Part shown: positions 26,519 through 33,279 of the stretch, one piece after another
Layout: each line of letters opens with the position of its first letter
How positions within the stretch are numbered: the first letter of the stretch is position 1
NCBI GenBank assembly: GCA_964430845.1
Contig: CAYSHS010000001.1
Location: 20,475-54,825, forward strand
Length of the DNA stretch: 34,351 bases
Source of the DNA: an uncultured Pirellulales bacterium
GTDB lineage: Bacteria; Planctomycetota; Phycisphaerae; Sedimentisphaerales; Anaerobacaceae
Direction of reading: 5' to 3'
Position numbers and translations under genes: made by a program
Notes under the pieces: model-generated
Databases searched by the model: none
What the model saw: the letters and a program-made list of their open reading frames with translations, nothing else
Told to the model about the DNA's origin: nothing

Positions 26519-27853
26519 TTACTCGGCCGGGCTTAATCTGAATAGGGCTACATCGTGGGAGACGACGTTGCCTGTGTAATTGTCTTTCGTTGTGCCCAGG
26601 TCTTTTTTGGCCCAGATGTCGCGGACTTTATAAGTTTTGCCTTCAATCGCTTCAAGGTCGCTCCAGTTGAGTGACATTTGTGCATCGTTCGGACTGTCGT
26701 TTAACATGCAGACTGCCCAATTGCCATCTGAAAGCTCTTTTACCCAGACTTCTCTGCCTTCTTCATCTATAACGCGATAACCCTGCTTGCCGAGCGGGTC
26801 CTGGTCGAGTGCGATTACATCTTTGTCAGTAAGAACTTTAAGAATATCATCGGTCATAATTCTCAAGTCGTTGCCCATCATTAACGGGGCGGCTAACATG
26901 CACCAGAAGCTGAAATGAGCCTTTGATTCGGCATATGTTAAGCCGCGATTGCCGACTTCCAGCATATCCGGGTCGTTCCAGTGATCCGGTCCTGCGTATT
27001 GTTCGAGTTTTTGTTCTGTTTGCCTGTCGAGAATATCTTTCCATCCATTTCCATAACCTCCCCTTCCTCTGCTATTAGTGGAGTATCTTGCCGAAATATC
27101 ACCTGTTGTTCGCCATAAATGTGCAATTGGAGCTGCCCATTCCCATGGCTTTGCGGTGCCCCATTCGCACATACTTAATACAATTGGCCTGTTTGCGGCC
27201 AATAGGGCGCTACCGAAAGTTCTATATGTTTCCTGCGCATTGGCAGAGCCTGTATTACACCAGTCGTATTTAACATAATCGACGCCCCATGAAGCATATA
27301 ATCTTGCATCTTCATATTCATGGCCGCGCCCGCCGGGATAACCTGCACATGTTCTTGTTCCTGCATCGTTATAAATGCCGAACTTAAGACCCAAGCCATG
27401 AATAAAATCTCCGAGAGCTTTCATGCCGCTCGGAAATTTTTGAGGATCAGCTACAAGCTGTCCATTTGCATCTCTTTCTCTTGTCATCCAGCAGTCATCG
27501 AGAACTACATACACATAACCGGCTTCTTTCAGGCCTTTTGTAGCAATTATTGTTGCGGTCTCTTTTATCAAATCTTCACTGATATTTCCCTGGAAGGTAT
27601 TCCACGTATTGAATCCCATCGGGGGAGTTAATGCCAGACCCTGATATTTATAAACTTGCGTCTGTCCTCTTCTGCGACCGCCTCCGCCGAAACCTGCGAA
27701 GCTTCCACCACCAGGTGCGCCGGCGCCTCCGGGAGCTATTCCGCCGCGACTATTTCTGCGGACACCTGCGCCACCAGGTGCGGCAGCGCCTCCGTCCTGA
27801 GCCAGTGCGATAGTTGTTAAACAAAGAATTAATGCAATAATCAACTTTCTCAT
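26519..27853 (-). CDS. Secreted alpha-galactosidase, glycoside hydrolase family 27
   Basis: LTPPMGFNTWNTF...GYVYVVLDDCWM and YVKYDWC motifs of GH27. I place the start at ATG 27853 (MRKLIIALILCLTTIALAQ signal peptide). The ORF-track start at 27940 is a TTG upstream of a non-signal-like leader. Confidence 0.9.
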   Translation of the reverse strand: MRKLIIALILCLTTIALAQDGGAAAPGGAGVRRNSRGGIAPGGAGAPGGGSFAGFGGGGRRRGQTQVYKYQGLALTPPMGFNTWNTFQGNISEDLIKETATIIATKGLKEAGYVYVVLDDCWMTRERDANGQLVADPQKFPSGMKALGDFIHGLGLKFGIYNDAGTRTCAGYPGGRGHEYEDARLYASWGVDYVKYDWCNTGSANAQETYRTFGSALLAANRPIVLSMCEWGTAKPWEWAAPIAHLWRTTGDISARYSTNSRGRGGYGNGWKDILDRQTEQKLEQYAGPDHWNDPDMLEVGNRGLTYAESKAHFSFWCMLAAPLMMGNDLRIMTDDILKVLTDKDVIALDQDPLGKQGYRVIDEEGREVWVKELSDGNWAVCMLNDSPNDAQMSLNWSDLEAIEGKTYKVRDIWAKKDLGTTKDNYTGNVVSHDVALFRLSPAE

Positions 27854-28110
27854 GGTACTACTCCTAAAAAAATAACAATAATATTTTATTTTTTTTATCG
27901 GGTGTTCACAAAACAAATGAGGCCGCATTGTCTGAAGCAATTTCGTTAAATATGGATAAAAACCTCAAATACTGTAAACCCTGACTAATTTTATAATACG
28001 TTATGACATACGAAAAAGTAAAAGTTATTGTATTCCATCTTTTTCCTGATTGCAAATGCAATTCCATGCGGAGGCCAACAAATTTATATGGAAAAAAAGA
28101 GTTTTTTTTA

Positions 28111-28139
28111 TTGACATATTCGATTATTTAGGCTAATAT
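28111..28139 (+). promoter_or_regulatory. Near-consensus sigma-70 promoter of sRNA-like unit 1
   Basis: TTGACA (28111-28116), 17-nt spacer, TAATAT (28134-28139), preceded by an A/T-rich tract. No protein ORF lies downstream. Confidence 0.6.
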
Positions 28140-28145
28140 ACGACT

Positions 28146-28220
28146 ATTGAGATTCGATCCCACGCCCCTGTGGTTATCTCGCTTTTTCCTCTCTCCCTCC
28201 GCTACACAGGGGCTTTTTTT
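28146..28220 (+). ncRNA. sRNA-like unit 1 (~75 nt, ends approximate)
   Basis: It lies downstream of the promoter above. 9-bp stem GCCCCTGTG/CACAGGGGC (28164-28172/28205-28213), a 32-nt loop containing CCTCTCTCCCTCC, then T7 (28214-28220). Confidence 0.5.
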
Positions 28221-28229
28221 CTTTAGCCT

Positions 28230-28255
28230 GTCACCTGCCATAGTCACCTACCATA
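28230..28255 (+). repeat. Tandem 13-nt direct repeat GTCACCTRCCATA x2
   Basis: GTCACCTGCCATA (28230-28242) is immediately followed by GTCACCTACCATA (28243-28255), 12 of 13 identical. It starts 10 nt after the unit 1 T tract. Confidence 0.8.
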
Positions 28256-28399
28256 GGAGTTAAAACCAGAATAATCGTTACAATCAGTATCTCTGTTGGA
28301 ACTTAAATATAGAGAACTAAAAAACAATGTTGTTAATTGAAAGGTAAAAAACTCAGCAAAAAAAGAAATAATATATCTGCTTTAGGCTTATATAGCCTT

Positions 28400-28479
28400 T
28401 ACGATGCAGGGCGTTCCTGTATCGCCCAGGATGGGTCGGCGAAAAACCTTTTCCTTGGTGATTACGCTGACCCTTTTTT
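28400..28479 (+). ncRNA. sRNA-like unit 2 (~80 nt, ends approximate)
   Basis: The -10-like TTATAT (28388-28393) sits within TTTAGGCTTATATA, 13 of 14 identical to the unit 1 -10 region. The -35 is poor. 9-bp stem GGGTCGGCG/CGCTGACCC (28433-28441/28465-28473, one G-U), a 23-nt loop with CCTTTTCCTT, then T6. Confidence 0.3.
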
Positions 28480-28590
28480 CGTAAATTGCTGAAAAAATGA
28501 AAATATGGCCGAAAAATGCAGAATATTTCTTTAAAAATACGTAGTTACCACAATAGACAAAACTGCAGGATAAGTGTGTAATATCACCTG

Positions 28591-28654
28591 TGGTTTTTCA
28601 CATTTGTTTAAGCCCCTGCAATAGATGACTCCTTCTGGCAGGGGCTTAGTTTTT
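28591..28654 (+). ncRNA. sRNA-like unit 3 (~65 nt, ends approximate)
   Basis: TAATAT at 28579-28584, with TAGACA 19 nt upstream. 10-bp stem AAGCCCCTGC/GCAGGGGCTT (28610-28619/28638-28647), an 18-nt loop with CTCCTTCT, then AGTTTTT. The stem core is shared with unit 1. Confidence 0.4.
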
Positions 28655-28677
28655 ACTGAACTTTTGCAAAACTCTTG
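28655..28677 (+). repeat. Intergenic motif copy B: ACTGAACTTTTGCAAAACTCTTG
   Basis: It lies directly after the sRNA-like unit 3 T tract and contains the 12-bp perfect palindrome CTTTTGCAAAAG. Confidence 0.8.
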
Positions 28678-28921
28678 TTTTTAAATAGAAATACCGTTGT
28701 CATATTTCTATTGCAGATTATTGGCAGCCGGAGAATATAAACGAGATTATCAACGAATACTGCTTTGTGGGAAGATACATCGATATTTTCATCAAGATGA
28801 AATGAGGGCATTTGCTTTGAGGTATTCCTCTGCCCAGAGGTTTCTGACGGTATAAAATTCGCAAGGCTTCGGCTTGTGATTTATTTTTTCTAATTCTTCA
28901 AATATTTAGAATGGGGTTCCT

Positions 28922-29722
28922 TTAATTTAAATAATTCTCCATAAATTCATATAAACTTAATTCTCCGAGTCCCAGAATGCGCATAAGCTCGCCTGTATCT
29001 GAAAAATCGATTCTTTCATTTGGATTATAATATGCGAAAGCGGCCTTCCAAATGTTACTATATTCGGGATTTTCAATTGCGGCTTTTGCAAATACCTCAT
29101 TACCACCGCGAATATTCAGATAAGCATTTGCATCCCGTATTTTTATGTAATCCGTATTGCTTTTCGTGTATGCAAGTGCGGCTTCTGTGGTCTGGTCCTC
29201 GTTCCATGTGCTATGCTGAACAGCATGGATTCGCTTAGTTGTGTCAAATTTCGGCATTTGTTCCTTAATATTTTTAATAACCGCGGCTGTTATATCAGAT
29301 TGCCCGCCTTCCTTGATCCAGATGTCACCGCCTGCTTTCAGTGTTTTACTCCAGCGCTTCGTAAGCTCATTTATTGCCTCATCGCGAGAAGTATGAGCGG
29401 CAAGCCAGCCGCCGCATTCGTTCCACGCCGCATCCATGACCGCATCGGAATTTGGATTGAAACCCCCAGCGTTTTTTCCGTAGGCTCCCGATACCGCGAC
29501 GATATGTGCTTTTATCCATTTTTTGCCGTACATCGTTTGCAGAATAGTTCTGTCCGCTGCTGCACTGTGTCCATCATCTTTATCTGGTGCATGGTCGTAG
29601 TGCAATGACAACAGGTCTTTATTCGGATTGAATCCGGATTCCACGATACTTAGTTTTTGCTGTGGCATGCAGGAAACGCACATAACAACACACAAAAATA
29701 AGGGGAAAATTGTTTTTTTCAT
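28922..29722 (-). CDS. Lipoprotein of unknown function (weak nucleoside-hydrolase-like N-terminal motif)
   Basis: Signal/lipobox-like MKKTIFPLFLCVVMCVSC. The segment DHAPDKDDGHSAAAD vaguely recalls the DxDxxxDD motif of IU-nucleoside hydrolases. No confident family. Confidence 0.55.
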   Translation of the reverse strand: MKKTIFPLFLCVVMCVSCMPQQKLSIVESGFNPNKDLLSLHYDHAPDKDDGHSAAADRTILQTMYGKKWIKAHIVAVSGAYGKNAGGFNPNSDAVMDAAWNECGGWLAAHTSRDEAINELTKRWSKTLKAGGDIWIKEGGQSDITAAVIKNIKEQMPKFDTTKRIHAVQHSTWNEDQTTEAALAYTKSNTDYIKIRDANAYLNIRGGNEVFAKAAIENPEYSNIWKAAFAYYNPNERIDFSDTGELMRILGLGELSLYEFMENYLN

Positions 29723-29757
29723 TTTTCACATTCCTTTTCTTTTTTGATTAAATAATT

Positions 29758-29904
29758 TCAAAGCCCGGTTTTTACAAAAATTAACCAGAACACGAATGTA
29801 ATGATACTGATAATTAATCCGGCTCTCGCCTGTGTGCACTTCCTGTCAATAATCATCGCAATCACCCCGAAAAAGAGCGCCAATGGTGCGCTGGCAGATT
29901 TCAT
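29758..29904 (-). CDS. Candidate 48-aa two-TM small protein
   Basis: Not in the ORF track because it is under 60 aa. ATG at 29904 is preceded by GGAGG (29909-29913) at 4-nt spacing. It translates to MKSASAPLALFFGVIAMIIDRKCTQARAGLIISIITFVFWLIFVKTGL and ends 35 nt before the lipoprotein gene start. Confidence 0.3.
   Translation of the reverse strand: MKSASAPLALFFGVIAMIIDRKCTQARAGLIISIITFVFWLIFVKTGL
29770..29784 (-). repeat. Weaker motif copy F: plus strand TTTTACAAAAATTAA
   Basis: The 15-mer is identical to part of copy E (12143-12157). It ends 48 nt upstream of the lipoprotein gene start (29722) and overlaps the 3' end of the candidate small ORF. Confidence 0.5.
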
Positions 29905-30356
29905 GAATCCTCCAAGGATTCCGAGTGATCCGCCTCACCCAAAGCCTAAACATCCAACAAATTCCTGCGCGATAATAATCCATGACAGAACTGACAATAC
30001 AATACTGATTTGTCCTAATTCACTCGATTTCACTGCATTTATATCCTTAAAATATATTTAAGAGTATAACTTTACTATCACAATAAAATCAAATAAGTTT
30101 TTTACTTATTATTTATTGTCCTGACACAATCATATTATTACCAGTTTAACTATTGTTCCGATAATAGTAGTGGAGCTCATCAATTTAACAGTTTTTTAAT
30201 TCCTCCGGCATTTGAGACGAGACATATAGTTTTTTCTAAAGCAGCGATTTATATCAGTCGATATTGTAGTCGGTGGGTATTTTTATTGAATGAATACGGT
30301 TCCTGATTAAAGAAAACAAAATAAAAAGGGCTTAATAATACCATGAAAGGATTTTA

Positions 30357-32453
30357 GTGATGAGATATATTCATTTTAAAGTTCTTATTTGTTTGGTGGT
30401 GCTTTTCATAACACCAGTACTTGGTGAATCAATTAATAGTATATCGTCAACTCCCAATAGTCCGGAAAGCGTTTCACAAGAGGAAAACATCAGCGAACCA
30501 AATTATTTCGATTTGAGCCTGGAAGATCTTTTGAATCTTAAGGTTTCAACTGTATCCCGTGTCGAGGAAGATTTGGATAGTGCTCCCGGCAGTGTCTATG
30601 TCATTACGCGTGAAATGATAAAAAGACGCGGTTACAGCAGTTTGAAAGATGCCTTGCAGGTTGTTCCCGGTTTTATTGTATTTCACAGAGATCTTGATTT
30701 TGTTGGTGCCGTTCGCGGCCTGGCTGCAAATGATAATGAAAAATTTACTTTGCTGATCAACGGAATTGAAACGAACCAGATGAACGAGCCGGATTTCCTG
30801 AACGGTCCGATTAACCTTGATAACGTAGAGCGTATTGAAGTCATAGTAGGTCCTTCTTCTATATTTCAGCCTGCCAATACCCTGGTAGCAACTGTAAATG
30901 TCATTACCAGAGAAGTAGATGGAATTGAATCGGTTTTTGGCACGGGAAATTACCTTGATTATGACATGACTGTCATGGGCGGGAAAAAATGGAGTGACAG
31001 GAAAAAATTTACCATTTCGGGGACACTTGAGCGAAGGAAAGGTTTTGATGCATGGGATACCAACAGGTCTGTTTCCCCCATGACGGCGTTTGCGGGAACG
31101 GATACCACAGGTGAATCAACTATGCCCAACCATTTTATCGTTGCCACAGGCCGATACGAGGATTGGTCACTGCAGCTCTTTTCATACCAGTCAAGTTTTG
31201 TGGAATTGCGTTTGGGCGGAAGCACGCATGAAAGCCTGGATACCGATTACAGTGATATCATGCGAGGCGGAACAATCAAAAACGAGCACGATGTCTCTGA
31301 AAACCTCTCAACCATAACAACATTTACGGCGGTACAAAAGCAAAGCGTCAGGTCAACATCAACCGATCCATGGCAGCATTTGGAGCAAATGGATTACAAT
31401 GGTGAGCTTGGATTGAAGTATAAAGGCTTTGCCAAACATGAAATACAGACGGGAATACAAGGCATTTTTGAAGATAATGGTGATTGCTATTTTGATATTG
31501 ACGGGCAAACGAAGCAAACCTTTTTTGATAAAAACACATGGGGTATTGGTTTTTATATTGACGATACCTACCAATACAGTGACAGGTGGAAATTCGTCGG
31601 CGGCGTACGAGCCGACCGTAATACCATTTTGGGTGAAGATAGTGATTTTTATTGGGGCGGACGTGCGGCAGCGATTCTCAAAGCTAATAAACAATGGACT
31701 ACAAAGTGGATATATAATAAAACGGTTCGCATGCCGTCTCCCTTGGCCGCACTGAATGAGATTTGGGGAAAAGATGCTCCAAGTGCTCCTTCGTGGGGTA
31801 GTGGATCACCCAATGCGGAAAACCCGGAAGAACTGAGCACTGTCGAATGGGCAAACATTTTCTATCTGGATAGAACGCGCCTGTCGGCAACTGTTTATTA
31901 TCAAAAGCTGAAGGAATTCATTACATGGGGAGCACCACATACGAATGTTGGAGACTACAGCGGCTGGGGTGTCGAATTGAATGTTCATCAAAAAGTCACG
32001 GATACGTTATCACTCTGGAGCAACGGTACATATATTAACTCGGAATTCAAGACGTATGACTCGTATGATGCCGTCGCTCAAGCCGGTGATGCCCATCGTG
32101 CGGTTGACAATGATAATCGTTTAATTGGCGCACCTTCGACAGTAATAAACGGTGGTTTTGATTGGGATATTACAAAAAACGCAGTTCTCACATCCGCGGT
32201 GCGTTACTTCACGGATCAGCCTGTTGAAAGGACATATGATACCGGAACAACGACCAAGTTTTCTCATGTCAATAATATGTTTTACCTGGATGCGACGTTA
32301 TTGTTTAAGGATGTTTTCCGAAAAGGATGGGACATCCAAATCGCAGGGAAAAACATCTTGGATAATGACAAGTATGTTGCAGGTCCATGGCTGACTGGTG
32401 AATACCGACCGCGCGGTGCAAGTATCGAGCTTAGGGCCTTTTGGAGATTCTAA
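30357..32453 (+). CDS. TonB-dependent outer-membrane receptor
   Basis: Signal peptide and plug-domain motifs (VSTVSRVEEDLDSAPGSVYVITREMIKRRGYSSLKDALQVVPG, IERIEVIVGPSS). A long beta-barrel region follows, with a terminal aromatic residue (...ELRAFWRF). The start is GTG 30357 or ATG 30360. Confidence 0.9.
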   Translation: MMRYIHFKVLICLVVLFITPVLGESINSISSTPNSPESVSQEENISEPNYFDLSLEDLLNLKVSTVSRVEEDLDSAPGSVYVITREMIKRRGYSSLKDALQVVPGFIVFHRDLDFVGAVRGLAANDNEKFTLLINGIETNQMNEPDFLNGPINLDNVERIEVIVGPSSIFQPANTLVATVNVITREVDGIESVFGTGNYLDYDMTVMGGKKWSDRKKFTISGTLERRKGFDAWDTNRSVSPMTAFAGTDTTGESTMPNHFIVATGRYEDWSLQLFSYQSSFVELRLGGSTHESLDTDYSDIMRGGTIKNEHDVSENLSTITTFTAVQKQSVRSTSTDPWQHLEQMDYNGELGLKYKGFAKHEIQTGIQGIFEDNGDCYFDIDGQTKQTFFDKNTWGIGFYIDDTYQYSDRWKFVGGVRADRNTILGEDSDFYWGGRAAAILKANKQWTTKWIYNKTVRMPSPLAALNEIWGKDAPSAPSWGSGSPNAENPEELSTVEWANIFYLDRTRLSATVYYQKLKEFITWGAPHTNVGDYSGWGVELNVHQKVTDTLSLWSNGTYINSEFKTYDSYDAVAQAGDAHRAVDNDNRLIGAPSTVINGGFDWDITKNAVLTSAVRYFTDQPVERTYDTGTTTKFSHVNNMFYLDATLLFKDVFRKGWDIQIAGKNILDNDKYVAGPWLTGEYRPRGASIELRAFWRF

Positions 32454-32706
32454 CGGCGCTAAATAAGGATGAGCCTCAGTTTTTCGATAGTTTAAAGATA
32501 TTCTGCATTTTTTCTGTATCAAAGTTATATATTATCATCGAAAAATGCCTGGGACATAACTATTGTATTCATCTTTAGGATGTTAGTTGAAATTCAATTG
32601 TTTTCTTCAGACATATTTCCTATTTTGGATTTTCTTTCGAAGCTTTAATTGTCATGTCAAATCTCCTTTTATTTATTGCCTGTGGATTCTGCAAAATTAC
32701 GTTTCG

Positions 32707-32766
32707 CGGGCATCTCCGCATGGAGCTTGAGGGACTTGCCCGTGAATGTGTGGGCAGGATGCCCAC
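32707..32766. other. GC-rich double-hairpin island in a convergent intergenic gap
   Basis: CGGGCA(32707-32712)...TGCCCG(32737-32742) encloses CTCC-GCAT-GGAG. A second hairpin is GTGGGCA-GGA-TGCCCAC (32750-32766). The island is markedly more GC-rich than its flanks, and no T tract follows on either strand. Confidence 0.5.
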
Positions 32767-32785
32767 GCCACAAAACAACCTGATT

Positions 32786-33247
32786 TTATTTCGGTCCCTG
32801 TGCGATTTTTGCGAGTACCCGGTCCTGTGTCGCGAAATTATTGATTTTATCAGCGATCAGTTTCGCTTCGGATAGCATATTTTTGTTAATGAATGGTGTC
32901 ACGCATTTCTCTGCGGTACTGTCCTGCGTCATGAAGTTGCTCATCATGGATATCGCTTTAAGAGTATGCTCGATATCAAGCCCGTTAGCCGCATCTATGG
33001 CAATTGACGAAAGAGCTGAATCCTGCTGCATAAAATTCGACATCGATTTTGCGGCTTCGAGACGAGCATCGAAATTGGGATTTCTCGGTTCAGGCGGATT
33101 TTCCGCAGAAGGTACGTCCGGAGGATACTCTTGAGAAGGAACCGGCGGCGGATAATTCCTATGCTCCGGCGGAGATACGACACGATAATAACACCCAGCA
33201 CTCATAAGTGCAAAAAAGACTAAAAAAACAAATAAGTTAGATTTCAT
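32786..33247 (-). CDS. Lipoprotein with Pro-rich linker and three internal NF(M/A)xQD repeats
   Basis: Lipobox FALMSAGC and a Pro-rich segment PPEHRNYPPPVPSQEYPPDVPSAENPPEP. Three repeats follow: SMSNFMQQDSALSSIA, MMSNFMTQDSTAEKCV and KINNFATQDRVLAKIA. Confidence 0.6.
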   Translation of the reverse strand: MKSNLFVFLVFFALMSAGCYYRVVSPPEHRNYPPPVPSQEYPPDVPSAENPPEPRNPNFDARLEAAKSMSNFMQQDSALSSIAIDAANGLDIEHTLKAISMMSNFMTQDSTAEKCVTPFINKNMLSEAKLIADKINNFATQDRVLAKIAQGPK

Positions 33248-33279
33248 AAATTGTCCTTTCTAAAAAGCTGTTGCTCCTG

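Noticed and set aside
27854-27940. TTG start at 27940 for the GH27 gene
   Set aside because: The extension is not signal-peptide-like. The ATG at 27853 immediately begins a classic signal peptide.
28147-28172. tRNA-like fragment (GAGATTCGATCCCAC resembles a T-arm) that might mark an integration site
   Set aside because: No acceptor, D or anticodon arms can be drawn, and no matching direct repeat or integrase is present. The sequence fits better as the 5' part of sRNA-like unit 1.
28164-28647. Reading the three hairpins on the minus strand, where the loops would show GGA motifs like CsrA/RsmA-sponge RNAs
   Set aside because: The near-consensus promoter, the -10 boxes and all three T tracts are correctly placed only for plus-strand transcription. 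On the minus strand the stems would be preceded, not followed, by the homopolymer runs. This reading deserves re-examination if RNA-seq shows minus-strand transcripts.
29935-29937. In-frame TGA between the two mini-ORFs as possible stop-codon reassignment or selenocysteine
   Set aside because: TGA clearly terminates well-supported genes here, for example the ATPase at 6623-6625 and rmlD at 8336-8338. I saw no SECIS-like hairpin directly downstream.
29801-30061. 86-aa plus-strand ORF
   Set aside because: It has no SD and an odd composition. It lies antisense to two SD-preceded hydrophobic mini-ORFs, and no gene follows it on the plus strand before the receptor leader.
30062-30356. Riboswitch (cobalamin or TPP) or Fur box in the ~300-nt leader of the TonB-dependent receptor
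   Set aside because: I found no B12 box and no CTGAGA...ACCTGATCTGGATAATGCCAGCG-like TPP core. Only weak AT-rich resemblance to a Fur box exists (AATCATATTATTA near 30129, GATAATAGTAG near 30160), which is expected by chance in AT-rich DNA.
32654-32875. 73-aa plus-strand ORF
   Set aside because: It overlaps the 3' end of the better-supported minus-strand lipoprotein gene, and its middle is the GC-rich hairpin island. It is most likely non-coding.
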